Below are positions 13,650-26,404 of a stretch of DNA of 64,000 nucleotides, in pieces. Position 1 is the first letter of the stretch; every line of letters starts with the position of its first letter. The stretch covers positions 633,505 through 697,504 of the forward strand of contig NMRA01000068.1 of the NCBI GenBank assembly GCA_002633005.1, read 5' to 3'. The notes under the pieces were generated by a model. That model was not told where the DNA came from and did not search any database. It saw nothing but the letters and a program-made list of their open reading frames with translations. The position numbers were made by a program, and so were the translations under genes. Source of the stretch: Phoronis australis (taxonomy: Eukaryota > Animalia > Phoronida).

Positions 13650-14044
13650 AGGTTAACACAACACCTTTCGGTAAGGTGAGGTCGACCGTATAAGAGGTGA
13701 TGAGGATAGAGACCGATTAAGACGGTAAAAAAGACTAAATCGGTTGGCATTCTCCTTTAACTTTTCAGGCTTCACAACTAACTGATAATATAATCTTATG
13801 CTTGCTTGTCTGACAAAGTGAAGTTGTAGGTAAGACATTAATGAAAAAATAAATATTTTCTTGGCAGTGTTTTTCAAAGGAAGTGGTTGATAAATTAAGT
13901 AGTATTTTTTTATTTTATTTAATTGATTTGATTTGATTTCATCAGCATTAACTATATAAAATGATAGTTGGGGGTGGATGACTCTGAGGATATCTATATT
14001 AGACATGAACAACAGTTTACTATTGACCTGCTTGTAATTTTCAG

Positions 14045-14103
14045 AGGTTACCAAGATCCTTCTTTCTGCTGCTCAGGCAAGCCACGAACTTGTGCCACCA
14101 GAT
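14045..14103 (+). CDS. SDAD1: SDAD1 exon (EVTKILLSAAQASHELVPPD)
   Basis: ttttcag acceptor, gtaagt donor; in phase. Confidence 0.95.
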
Positions 14104-14390
14104 GTAAGTTGCTATAAATTGGTCGTGTGTGGGCTTGGATTGCTTGAAGTCCACATGAACATTTTTCACGCTTCAAAACAATCTGGCAACCAGTCCGTTG
14201 CTTAATAGTCTCCGTCTTCAAAACTGGTTCAAGATGCGACAGTGTTGACTAGCTTGATGTGGAAGTCGACATAGAGTATCTTTTTCCAGCCATATACGCA
14301 AGAAGGGTTGCTGGTAAATAACCCCAGGCATAAGTGGGAGTGTGGAATAATTTTTTCAACATTCATCTTATGTTGATTCACAGAACATTA

Positions 14391-14490
14391 CAGTATTCAC
14401 CCTAATAAGCACCCATGCCCCTATAAGCACTCCCACATGTTTTCAGACTTCACTGAAATAAGCTCCCAGCCCACGACGGCAGTACTATAC
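14391..14490 (+). mobile_element. Left-end fragment of the 4725 Tigger-like family
   Basis: TA + cagtattcaccctaataagcacccatgcccctataagc, aligns with 4725-4810. Confidence 0.7.
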
Positions 14491-14869
14491 ATTTTCAAAA
14501 TTTACATGGTTTCTGATGGAAGTTTTGGCAATTGGTCTATATTCAGAGAAGTTTCTGAATTTTTGCTGCTAAGTTGCGAATATCAAACTGTCTGAATGCT
14601 TTTCTGGCCTTAGTTTTGGTAAGGTTACCTATTGTGGACTCAATCTTGATAAGTTCAGTTGGAGATTTAGTTTCGATTAGTATTGTGATTGTAGTGGATT
14701 TTGTGTTTGCGTTTGAACTTAATTAAGGATAATCTAGAATTATATAGTCCCATTTATATGTGTCAAATATACACCCATACGTAAATATGACATAAAAAAT
14801 TTAATTATCTGTACGTAAATATGATATAAAGATAATAATACACATTGTACCAGACATGTGCAGGCCTCT

Positions 14870-15040
14870 CATGTGGGTCCATTGCACCGATCACCTAGAA
14901 CCATTTTTGTGCTTTATAGTTAAACCGAGCTGAGGAGCTAGAGACCTGATTTAAGGTCCTTGCAGTGTGCCCCAGTGGACCTTGAACCTACGACCTTGAG
15001 TAAGGGGAGCAGCCACCTATCCCACTAGGCCACATTGCCA
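14870..15040 (-). mobile_element. tRNA-derived SINE fragment
   Basis: Minus strand gtggcctagtgg (A box)...gtaggttcaagg (B-box-like) followed by non-tRNA body. Confidence 0.55.
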
Positions 15041-16875
15041 CCTCTTATATGTTAATATACACCATACGTAAATATACCCCGTAGTGTAAATGCACTTTTA
15101 TATGCCAATAAAGAAAAATGATATGCACTTGGCAAAGACCATGGAACCTTTTATTTCCAAGAGTGGGGGCAACTTTGCAACATGAGTAGTCTGCTGCTAG
15201 CAAGAACAAAACTCCACTATTGTCTTGAGGCTGAATTGATGGTGGGATTATCTCACAAACGACAAAGAAAGACCGAGGTATTGGTAGCAGAAAACTCTAA
15301 ATTAAAGAAGACTTGAAAGTCTTAGGACTTAAATTTTATTTTTGAATGAGACCTCAACACCGTCAAGTACCAAGAGTCCCAAATACTGAAAAACAAATCA
15401 AATTGTAATATGCAGGGATGTCATCACACAATTTTGTTGGTCTCGTCATTGAACTGGTTGTTGAGAAGTCGGCCACTGGCTGGGGGTATACCAAAGATGA
15501 TTGAGATTGTTGAAAAACCACTCGCAATATCGTTTGCGTCATATGGTACACCGCTGTCTTTCTTCCATCTCAAGATTCAGTTTTCAAGTTCAACTTTACA
15601 CGTATCAGACTCCATCATTTTTCTGTCAATGAAAGAAGAGAAGATTCAAACTGAGTGTTGCTATTTCTCAGTTGAGACTTGACGGCACTGAGGGCTAATT
15701 CTAATTTACTTCGCTTGCCAGTACCTTTTCTGCAGAATTCTGCTTTACCCTATAAGTTTTTTACTTACTTACTGGTGGAAACCTCAATCATCTAATCGCT
15801 GTGGTTGCTTTGTGTTGCGACATCAACCGCAGTATCCTCATTTTTTGACAAAGCAATTTCATGCCTGTCATTTTTCTCTTCAATCAGTGGTTCTATACCT
15901 TTGATAACTAGAAAAATAAGTAGATAAACATTTCAGCAATGAAAAATAACTGAGTTATTACAGCATTATGTTACTTTAAAGGTAGTTATGTAATATGTAG
16001 ATTTGGACTGGCATCAATTCTAATAAACAATAAACCTTGCGCATAATGGAAACTGCCGACGTATTCCAAATATTAACTATTTACCTTCATCTTAGCTTTC
16101 ACCATCATCCTCGTCATTTCCTTTAAACTTTTTTGTGCTTCCACTGCACGTCATCATGCCTTCCACCACCTTCAGTGGTGATGATACTGGGCATTGTTTA
16201 AGAATATGCAGAGGCTGTTTTTGAGCCTTTTTACTGTCTCTCTAGTACTGTTGTATTCTGACGTTGCATTGTTGCCCATTTTCTTTTCGCAGCCCTAGGG
16301 ATCTTTTCCTTTTGGGAGCCTACTGTAGATGGCAATTTTGGTACGTTTTGGGTCATCTAGCATGTCTTCAACATCCTGTTCTTACTGTAGGGGCAACAGA
16401 CACCTCGTTTCCTCCTCAGTCCACGCTTGGCCTCGCTTCTTTTTGGCTGCCATTTCTGCTCTGAAGCGTGGCTTACAAGGTTGAAATTATTGCAATGACC
16501 TTTTAGGTAGAATGATATAACCTTTACACTGATTTTTTTGTTCAAGAAAATTGCATGGCATCCATATTTGCAAGGTGTATATTTGCAGGGTGTATATTTG
16601 CACATAGGTAAATTTACATTTACACGACCTGTGGAGGTGGTGTGTATATACACCCAAATGTAGCTTTACACTTCAATGTACTTGCGATGATATGGCAAAA
16701 TACTCACTGTACGTAAAGATACACTTGGGTGTAAATGCCATCCTGTATATGCTTATAATTTCATGTTCTTTGATAATTCAGTAATCATGTACAAACTGAG
16801 GTGACCATGTTGAGTAATGACGTTTTACCATTGTCCTTTCTGTATCATGTCTCATTTGCCTACTTTAAATTTCAG

Positions 16876-16952
16876 ATAATTGAACAGCTGTTGAAAGCAA
16901 TAGCAAATAACTTCATCACAGAAAGGAATTCCAGTGAGGTGATGGCTGTGGG
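16876..16952 (+). CDS. SDAD1: SDAD1 exon (IIEQLLKAIANNFITERNSSEVMAVG)
   Basis: tttcag acceptor, gtaagg donor; ANNF.T...S.EVM.VG motif. Confidence 0.95.
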
Positions 16953-17254
16953 GTAAGGTTCTTGCTGTGAGAGAAAGTCAGAAACAGACTAGTACAGTGT
17001 AGTTGTGACTAGACGGGTCCATTCTCAGTTACAGAATGAATTATCCAACTTAGTATCTGCCTGTTACTTTCTCTTTATCTGTCACTAGGGAAGACTGCTC
17101 TGACGAGGAATCCAGCTTTCATCCAGCCATCATGACTGGGGAGTTTGGGTCATTTTGTCTGAATACTGTAACTAAGCAACATATGCTGACCTTCCCAACA
17201 AGGGCACAGTTTGGTTTACTTGTCACGTAGCGCGAGGCTCGTGGTCTAAAAATT

Positions 17255-17427
17255 GGACTGTCGGATATTATTGATAAATTGAAGACGTTACTGTAGAATT
17301 TTAGCTTCGTAGGTTAGGCATTTTTCGCATGTATACACGTTCATGGGCTGGGTGCTTATTTTAGCAAAATCTGAAGACACATGGGGGGCGCTTATAGGGG
17401 CATGGGCGCTTATTAGGGCAAATATGG
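17255..17427 (-). mobile_element. Left-end fragment of the 4725 Tigger-like family, inverted
   Basis: Reverse complement aligns with 4725-4897 over ~170 bp; ends in TA. Confidence 0.75.
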
Positions 17428-18367
17428 TACTTGTTTTTGTTGTTGAAAACATAAATTTTGGAGACAGCTAGTATGACCAATTGCGGTCTATTGATCCAGC
17501 AGCGAATTCAGGTGTCGTTGAGTTCACAAAATATGTCATTTAGATTTTTGTTAGGATACCAATGACATGTATGAAAAATGAAGTTGTTTTGAATTTTGAC
17601 ATATTGACTGACTTTTGAAAATATATTGGTTTTTATATACCGGTAGACTGCTTATTAACTTGGGTGTTTTTAAAGAAAATAAAATGATGTTGCCATAGTA
17701 ACGTTCTACACGAATGCAGTGTCTGTACTAACTTCTTGTGAGTTGATAACTTCGTAACCTTTTTTATCTGATCATTTATCAGTGATAAGAAATCGACATA
17801 ATTATCGAAATTGGTCCTAATTTTTGCATGATGAATAACATCGATTGTTTAATTAAATTTTTTTCACCATACATTTGAATTTAGATGATAGATGTGATTG
17901 ATATAAACACATCAATTTAAAGATCTTATTGTGATGAATTGTGGTCAAACAAAATTGCCTGTGTATTGGTTTCAACTTCATAATTTACAAAGTTTGCAGT
18001 ATTTTGAAAATTTCTGGGTAACACGTCATGGATCTTGGTTATTAGAATACCTCAGAAATGTTGTTTCAGTTGGGCTCTTAAATCAAGAAAGTTTGTGTAC
18101 TTTTTACATTAATTTTATTCCATAAAAGTTTTACAATGTCTCATTGTGGTTTCATGGTGATCTTTCAATTTCAGTTACAGTTAACTGTAATTCTTAAAAC
18201 AGCATCTCTAAAGTCCTTAACATTTACATAAAATCATAAAATTTCACACAACTGTTGAAACATGTAGGCTCAATCAAAGCAGCATCAGGAAGTGGAGGAT
18301 GTCAGTGGTGTGATGAACAAGAATCTATAACCTCTTGGTACTAATGGCTCGGTATTCCTTTTTCTAG

Positions 18368-18542
18368 CTTGAATGCTGTTAAAGAGATTTGTGCCCGATG
18401 TCCCTTGGCCATGTCTGAGGACCTTCTTCATGACTTATCTGAGTACAAGAACAGTCGAATCAAAAGTGTGTCCATGGCTGGCCGGTCATTGGTTCAACTC
18501 TTCAGGAGTGTAAATCCAACACTGCTCCACAAAAAGGACAGG
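18368..18542 (+). CDS. SDAD1: SDAD1 exon (LNAVKEICARCPLAM...LLHKKDR)
   Basis: ttttctag acceptor, gtgggc donor; overlaps ORF 18369..18602. Confidence 0.95.
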
Positions 18543-19071
18543 GTGGGCAGATTTCATATTAATAGCAAGAATATCAGACACGATGTTAATGCGATTTTTT
18601 GACAGCAATATTATCTTTAAATTTGTGTTTACTTAATACTTATGAAATTAGAAATTACAATGTAATAATTACAAGACTATCAGTAAGAATATGAAGAAGC
18701 AATGGTAGTTTAATGCTACTTGTGGGAAGTTCTGAAATAAATGTAGTGATGGCTTTTCAAACATGATGTACAGGAATGCGTACAGGTGACACCAGTGCAT
18801 TATTAAAATTTGTCTAGAGTCATAGTAATTTTCACAGTATTGATTATTCCGACAAACGCAGTTAGACGACACAAGTCCTACAACCGCAAAGTCAATATGA
18901 TGGATACGCTTTGCAACATACTACAGCAAAAGACTGGTTACGATGTGTTTTGATCATTTGTTGCCATATAGAGCTACAGTATTAAAATGGGTGAAGGTTT
19001 TGTGGAGAAGAGACAAGTTTCAACTTTGAAATAGAAAATACTGTTTATTCATTATTGTTGCATTTTGACAG

Positions 19072-19201
19072 GGCAAGCCAACAATGGCTATGGAAGAGAT
19101 AGACGCACTGAGTTATGGTAGTTTAAATGCCAAGGACTATATCCCTGGAGCAGAATATCTGACTCACAGTGCAGCGGAGGCAGACAAAACTAAGAGCGAA
19201 G
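19072..19201 (+). CDS. SDAD1: SDAD1 exon (GKPTMAMEEIDALSYGSLNAKDYIPGAEYL...)
   Basis: tttgacag acceptor, gtgagt donor; GKPT and DYIPGAE motifs. Confidence 0.94.
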
Positions 19202-19369
19202 GTGAGTCGATTGTTACAGTGGAGGTCTGCAATATATGTTAGGCGGTCTGAAATAAGTCATTTATTCTGGTACAAAATAATTGCATCTTATTCTTGACTT
19301 GCTTTATCAGACTATTCAGTCAACCATGTTTTGAACATATGAACCTGTGTGTACTTACAAAAATACCAT

Positions 19370-20768
19370 TTTTTATACGCCTACATATTTATTTGTGGAC
19401 GCATTATGCCGTCATCTATGTCCGTCTGTCCGACGTCCGTCTGGCATTCGTCAGGCGTCCATCCGGCGTCTGTTCAGCGTCCGCTGCTCCATCTCCAAAA
19501 CCGATTGACGTATGTTCATGAAATTTTGCACTTGTGTTCCTTTTCTGGATGGGACGGCATGAGCGAATTTTCGGACAGATCCGACTGCCGGTGTGCCCCC
19601 TAGTGGCAATTTTAGTTTTTTACGTTTTCCTCAGTCTGTATCTTCAAAGGTCCTCAACATATTTTTACAAAATTTGGCATATTGGCATCTATTAGTCAGA
19701 CGACGATATCGTCCCGTTTTTGGATGGATTCGACGTAGTTTGCACCACCTAGTGGCCATTTTTACTGTTTTTGCATCTGTTTTTTAGCATCCACCCTCTA
19801 TCAACCAAACCGCTGGAAGCATTATTGTGAAAATTGGCGTGTATGTTCTTACTATGAAGAGAACAGTTGATGATGACTTTCCGACGAGTTCGACTACTGT
19901 GGCACCTCTTAGTGGCAATTTCTGTATCTTCAAAGGGCCTCAATGTATTGTCATAAAATTTGGTGTATAGGCTTTTGTTGGTGAGGTGACGCTATCTTCC
20001 CGTTCTCAGATGGATTCGACCTAGTTTGCGCCACCTGGTGGCCATTTTTACTGTTTTTTAGTCTGTTTTTTGGCGTCCACCCTCAGTCAACCAAACCGCT
20101 TTCAGGATAATTTTGAAAATTGGCGTGTATGTTTTCACTATGAAGTGGTCGGGTGACGATGATTTTCTGATGACTTCGACTACTGTGGCGCCTCCTAGTG
20201 GCAGTTTCATTTTTTTGCACCCATGGCTGTATCTCCAAAATCGTTTGTACGATCTTTACTCAATTTAAGAAATGTGTTTATATGTTGACAATGGATGATG
20301 ATTTTCGGATGGATTTGACTACTGGTGTGCCCCATGGTGGCAATTTTAGTTTTACGTTTACCTCTTCAAAGGTCCTCAACGAATTTTTATAAAATTTTAA
20401 ATACGGGCATCTGTATCTCCTAAACTCACTGCAGGATCTTTATTAAATTTAGTTTGTAAGTGTATTGATATGAAGCTAACAATAGACAATGACAACTTTC
20501 AGGCGGATCCAACGAACGGTGTGCCCCCTAGTGGCAATTTCATTTTATTCTGTTTTCCTTTGTTTCTCTGAAGTTCCATGATGGATTTCTATGAAATTTG
20601 GTGTATAGCTTTTTATTTAAGAAGCAATGATATGTTCCCGTTTTCGGATGGATTGTATGTTTTTGCGCCATCTAGTGGCCATATTTATGACACAAATAAA
20701 CAACCCTAAAAGCACACCATTTGCGATGCATTCTTGGGCGCATTTCAACACTTCGCGTTGCTCTTGTT
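19370..20768 (+). mobile_element. HINE-like element, full length
   Basis: Head hairpin, GTCC-type microsatellite, monomers, 3' gggcgcatttcaacacttcgcgttgctcttgt. Confidence 0.85.
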
Positions 20769-20927
20769 TTTATTTGAGCAGTCACCAGGTGCACTCTATG
20801 AATTGAATGAAACCTGGTGCTATGTCTGTGCTTGTAATCAGAACTGAGAAGTAGTGTACCTGAGTGTCTTTAATTCTTGTTCTCAGTCTCCTTTTGCTGA
20901 AGTCAGAAACGGAAAACCTCAGTCCGC

Positions 20928-21230
20928 TTTTATTATGTACCCACATATTTTTTGTGGGTGCATTATGCTGTCATACTTGTCCGTCCACCTGGTCCATCCG
21001 TCCGGTCTGTCCATCCATCCGTTTGGCGTCTGCTGCTGTATCTCCGAAACCCTTGGTTGTACTTTCATGAAATTTTGCAAATATGTTCGGCGTGCCCCCT
21101 ACTGGCAATTTTGTTCTTTTACATTTTCCTCTGTATGTTTGGAATTCATGAACACATTTTCACAAAGTTTGGCAAATATGTATCTACTAGTGAGATAACA
21201 CTTGCCTTACTGTTTTTTTAATGGATTTGA
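20928..21230 (+). mobile_element. HINE-like 5' fragment
   Basis: atgtacccaca...tgtgggtgcattatg head, GTCC repeats, first monomer. Confidence 0.7.
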
Positions 21231-22564
21231 ATATCGAGATAGCCAATAGACCAATTTTATCGAAACTTGTCTCAGGGGTATGTGACTGCAATGCATTGGT
21301 ACCAAACGATGCGTGAATGAATTCAACTCCTGCCTGCAGTACCCTCTATTGGCCATGTTTCCTTTCATTTGATTGTTGTTGAAATGACTCCTCAGGTGTT
21401 AATGAAACTTGACGTAGGCGTATGGTAAGAATGTGCACCTCACCAGTTGATTTTCGTATGGATTTAGCTACCATAACAGCCTCCAATGGCCATTTTACTT
21501 TTTGCATAGTGATAAACTGATGGTCAAGTTATCAGACCTCAAATAAAACTCAGACAACACCAATTCGGACATGAAATATCTTCAGTTAGACTTCTTAAAA
21601 CTCAATTTTAATTTTCAATATATAAACATATTTACAACAGTGGACTCAACCAGACGATTTAATGCTCATGGTCAACACCTAACCAGCAGTGTGGCCCAGT
21701 AATAATTGGTTTTGAAGTTTCCAATACTGTGGGATGACTGAGTGGGTTGAATGATAGCCTGGTGCTTTAGAAATTGTGTAGCATTAGTGGTATTTTTATA
21801 GAGTGCACTGAAATAGTGAGATAACAAATACCCCACCTGCAACCTGAGCAGATTGGTATCTGTTAAGGTCCACCTTCAAAAAGACATGAGCTGTTTTTGC
21901 ACGGGGAACAGGTGTTATGGTGCCGTAAATACCAATTATGAGGCTGTGAAATATTTCCGTGTCTTTGGCTGGCATTATTCTTTTTCAAAATAAATTATTC
22001 TCACCCATTGTTTGTATAAAATTGAAACAAATTGTCAAAGTCTGTCTCAGTTGATACAATTTGTAATGCCTTAAGTGTGTTCATGAATTCAGATGTTTTG
22101 AGAAGTCAGTGAATAAATCATACTGCGTTATCAGCATCAGATACAATTGTGTGCATTTTTAAGGCTTTTACATTTGAATTTTGATGATTCATTGAATCAG
22201 ATGTAAAACCTGTGACGTCATTGGTTAATTTCAGCACCTCCGTCTGCAGTCAGGTAAAAGAACTGAACTTGCTGTTATCAACTAGAACTACTCGATCTAA
22301 AGTGATACAAAATACGTTGTTTTTGGTGGCATTCTCCTTTACGTGCTTACAAATTATGATAAGGTCACAAAATGGTGGACAAATGATTTTTTTCATAAAA
22401 GATGTGTAGCATCAAATTAATGTTGTACCATGTTGATCGTGATCAATAATTCTTTGGAATTTGGATACATATGAAAGGCACCATTGGGTACTTCAGGTGT
22501 GGTTTTGGCTTCTGCAATACAATCTGGTGGGTATCCATCACATGTGAAATGATGTTATTTTCAG

Positions 22565-22662
22565 ATGGTTGGGAGTCTTGCGATGAGGAAGAAGGTGATG
22601 ACTCTGATGGTGAATGGATTGATGTTCATCACTCTTCTGATGAGGAACCTAACTGTGACCAG
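22565..22662 (+). CDS. SDAD1: SDAD1 exon (DGWESCDEEEGDDSDGEWIDVHHSSDEEPNCDQ)
   Basis: tttcag acceptor, gtaatt donor; DGEWIDV.HSSDEE acidic motif. Confidence 0.94.
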
Positions 22663-22901
22663 GTAATTAAAGGCATAGTATTTTTATTATCCTCTATTTT
22701 TAAATGTTTAAAGTTGCCAGTTTGTGGTTTTAATAATTAGTTAATTAGTTGGTGTCGGTTGATTGACTGAAAAACACAAAAAATGCCGTACAATGCAGGC
22801 CCATAGCCAGGGGGGTGTTCGAAGGGTTTGATTGAACCCCCCTGCGGAAAAGGTCCAGGCCCAGCCTATCCGTTAAAGATGGGATATAGAAGTGATGGAC
22901 T

Positions 22902-22923
22902 ACAACAACAACAACAACAACAA
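22902..22923. repeat. (AAC)n microsatellite
   Basis: acaacaacaacaacaacaacaa. Confidence 0.9.
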
Positions 22924-23157
22924 AATTGTTGCAGCTACTGGTACTAATAACTACAATGATTATTAAGTTAGAAGTAATTTTGGATTTGCTTCTGATTCAA
23001 AGCACTTCGTGTAATCATCAGGTCCTACACGGCCCCAGGGCCAAACTTCGCTCGAATGTTGTTTGTGTAGATAACACTGAGGATCGTGCAGTCGATTAAA
23101 GGAGGCATTCATTGGAATTGAACATGCATGGTTGCTACACCAATATCGTCGTTATTA

Positions 23158-23564
23158 TCGTTGACCAAATGGGTGAACGTTACGTCGTTGAATTAAGTGC
23201 ATTTTAATTCTTGTTAGAGTCGTAAAGTATTGCGGCGCAAAGTAATTACTTACAGAGTAAAGTAATTGTTTAGGGGGTAAAACAATTATTTATGACAAAG
23301 TAATTATTACATTACAGCGCACAAAATTACTTTGTACCGCAAATAATTACTTTACGCCCTACAAAGTTACTTTATGCTCTAAATAATTACTTTTAAATTA
23401 TGCTGTAAAAAGTTACTTTATGTCACAAATAATTACTTTACACCGCAAATAATTACTTTACACCACAAATAATTTCTTTACGCCGTATAATGTTACTTTA
23501 TGTTGCAAGTAATTACTTTACGCACGTAATTTAACTGTGCAACGTTCACCCATTTGGCCTACGA
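23158..23564. mobile_element. TA-flanked MITE with internal ~21-bp minisatellite
   Basis: TIR tcgttgaccaaatgggtgaacgtt / aacgttcacccatttggcctacga; aataattactttac units in both orientations. Confidence 0.75.
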
Positions 23565-24568
23565 TACACCATAGAGTAACAGGGGAGTCTAGAAGTAAAT
23601 TTCTATATCTAACTAAGCTATAAAGCAGTGAAGGAGCTCCCAAAAAGTAGTGTGGTGTGAATGCCTTAAAATCGACCAAGAAACAAAACGGCTGAAAATG
23701 TGTTTGTTATCTGCTATTTGGTAAGGTGCAGGCATTTCCAATTTCGAATTGATTGTTGTTCACCCAATGTTCACTTGTGGATTGGTGGATTGACATGCCT
23801 ACGCGTGTACACGTGTACGCGTTTCCATTCTTTTAAATTCAGTACACACCAATGGTAAGTTCGCCCTAGGCAATCCTCGGGCATTGCTCAAACAAAAACC
23901 AGACATTTAACTACTGTCTGTTCTTGCACTGAGGAAACTAGCATGTTCACAGTAATTAATATGGAAAAGTTGGTCTAGACCTAATGAAAGCTTTGGTTAA
24001 TGAAGAAAGTATTCTCTTGTCGATCAGTATCAATGGTACACAGGCTCGTAGACTCTATACATGCTACAAATTTGATGGAAAAGATTTCCAAAGTTACATG
24101 TCACTATTCCGAAGGTTCATTCTTCTGAAAGCTCGCAACCCCGAAGGTTCGTTATCTCTAAAGTTTACTACTTTGAATGTCCACAATTCCGAAACCAGAA
24201 CTTTGATTATTCAGACCCTCCTTCCCTCTAATTAAACTGCGTCAAAGGCCTTACTGAAAACTATACAGTGTCGACCTTTGCAAAATATCAATGGTCCACC
24301 CTTCCAGAAATTTGAACCACTCCCTGCACAATACTGGCTACGGGCCTGCAATGTGACATTTTTTAAGTTGACAAAACTGTCATGTTTAGATGAAGAAAAA
24401 TAGAGCCCTTGCAATCAAAATCTAATCCTTGTGTTATCTATATTAATTATGCTATGTTATGTATATTAATTTTACACAATGTACTGACTGGTTAGGAGGT
24501 TTGCTACCTAATGGTATAGGCAACAGTGGTGATGGGTAAAATTGAAACTCTGGCCATTCTTCTGTTAG

Positions 24569-24753
24569 ACCGGGCAGCAGCTGGACCCTGAGGAGAGGAA
24601 ACGACAAGCACAACTGGTATCAGCAGGCCGTATCCTGACGCAGGAGGACTTCAGACAAATCAGGATTCAACAGCTGGCCAAAGAGATGGGTAGTGACAAG
24701 AAGAGCAGGAAGAGAAAGAAGGAGGTGACTGTGGAAGAGGAAGCAGAAGCTAG
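24569..24753 (+). CDS. SDAD1: SDAD1 exon (TGQQLDPEERKRQAQLVSAGRILTQEDFRQIR...)
   Basis: ctgttag acceptor, gtgagt donor; R.LTQEDF motif. Confidence 0.92.
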
Positions 24754-24869
24754 GTGAGTCTGGATATGGCTAGAGTCAGGAGTATTTTTGCACATCGTTG
24801 GCATCATGTTCATTATCAGCCGTCAGTCTTCGACCAAGGTCTTCGCTTAACACGCACACACAAGGGTGA

Positions 24870-25545
24870 GGGGTGTGACTTTTCCTTTATTTTGGGGGAA
24901 TAGCTTTTCCGGATTATATCTAGAGAATGGATAGACAGATTTCAATGATACTTGACACAAGGTGTGTGATATCAATGCGTTGGATTAAATTTTCAGGTGG
25001 ATTCCACCACTTCTGCACCTCCTAGTGGCCATTTTGTTCTCAGCGTGGCTCCTTTTAAGTTTTGTTTTGGGGAGAGGAGCGTTTCTGGGTGATATCTAAA
25101 GAATTGTTGGTCAGATTACATTGAAACTTGACACAGAGGTATATTATAGGATTATGCCAGCACTGTTTGTTTTTTGGCTGTATTCGACTACTGTAATGCC
25201 TCGTAGTGGCCAAGTTGTGTGAGAGCATTTCTGGATGATATCTAGAGAACGGAGTCGCAGATTTCTTGAAACCTGACACAAAGGTGTGTGGTATCAGTGC
25301 GCTGGCACCGTTAAATTTTCGGGCAGACTCAACTACCATAGCACCTTCTAGTGGCTATTTGTTATTGAGGGCTTTTTAAGTGCTGCTTGGGAGAAGAGCA
25401 TTTCCGAATGATATATAGAGATCTGGTGGTTAGATTTCATTGAAAATTGTTACAAAGGTATAGATGAAATTGTGCCGGAATCATTTGATTTGCAGCCGGA
25501 TTCAGCTACTGTATTGCTTCCCTGTAGCCATTTTTGTGAGTGCGT
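24870..25545 (+). repeat. Diverged relative of the HINE monomer array
   Basis: Four ~160-180-bp units each ending in a cacctcctagtggcc-like motif. Confidence 0.55.
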
Positions 25546-26171
25546 GGCAAAAATTGAACTACTAATTAAGAAAATGCTAAATGAGGAAATAAAAGGTAAC
25601 ATTGTAAACATGTTTAGAGTAAAGTATAGATTTGTTTCATGCCAGTTTTATGGCCTAAAGTGGATATAAAAAAGTGCGGAACTGTTCTGTCCACTTTGAA
25701 ACTAAATAAGAAAGTGTCGTTTTGAAAAAAATACATTGAAACAGTATGCTTATACAGACAGAAATTGTAACCAATCACCGCTTGCTGTTGGCAAACGCAG
25801 GAAGCGACCCCTGTCGATAACTCTTATGGGATAGTAGTTAAGTGTTCCCATTTAGTAGTGAAGCGTCCATGCTCTAATGGTAAGTCCACCTCTTTACTTC
25901 ATAGTTAACTTCGATCCTCCAAGACTGAAGTTAAGTGTTCAAATTGACCGAAGCTTTGGCAACATCAAACCAGGTGGAAAGACCTTTAAGACTTGAGCAC
26001 TGTATGTGATTTGCACCATTGTGGTGCAAGTTTCTGCTTGGTCACAAAGTTGCAGAAAATCTGCTATTTTGGCTTATGGCTTTATCAGAGTTTAACTCAG
26101 CAAAATGGGCTCCCTGTATTTAGATTTGTGTCGCAAGTTGATGTCGTTATTAAGATTTGATTGTCTTACAG

Positions 26172-26256
26172 AGGTGAACTATTGTCACTGAATGACATAG
26201 AGCGTGTTAAGTATAGACCCAGACATGATAAAGAATCGAGGTTGGCTACAGTAATG
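26172..26256 (+). CDS. SDAD1: SDAD1 exon (RGELLSLNDIERVKYRPRHDKESRLATVM)
   Basis: cttacag acceptor, gtaagc donor; SDA1 C-terminal motif. Confidence 0.94.
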
Positions 26257-26404
26257 GTAAGCCTCTCTTCTTCTCTCATATGTCCTTATTTTTCATCGTC
26301 TGAAAATATTGGAAAATTGCTGACATTTCAATTTTGGGTTTTATTCTTGTAATTCAGATTGGTATTTTTCCGTTTACTAATTTCATGGGTGCTTTTAAGC
26401 ATTA

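Larger units (their letters stand above)
12065..13756 (-). mobile_element. Kolobok DNA transposon deletion derivative carrying a THAP domain
   Basis: TTAA TSD (12061-12064, 13757-13760); perfect 12-bp TIR aggagaatgcca; THAP ORF near right end. Confidence 0.85.
22796..24348. mobile_element. Non-autonomous DNA transposon (hAT-like CAG ends) with 5-bp TSD
   Basis: TIR caggcccatagccag / ctggctacgggcctg; caatg duplicated on both flanks. Confidence 0.75.

Noticed and set aside
15050-16750. Possible nested gene
   Set aside because: Only short broken frames among ~16-18-bp gtgtatatttgca-type repeats; likely an unclassifiable transposon relic
19294-21221. Cluster of overlapping ORFs with SVRPS-type peptides (also at 28536 and 52774)
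   Set aside because: Translations of the (GTCC)n microsatellite and non-coding HINE monomers
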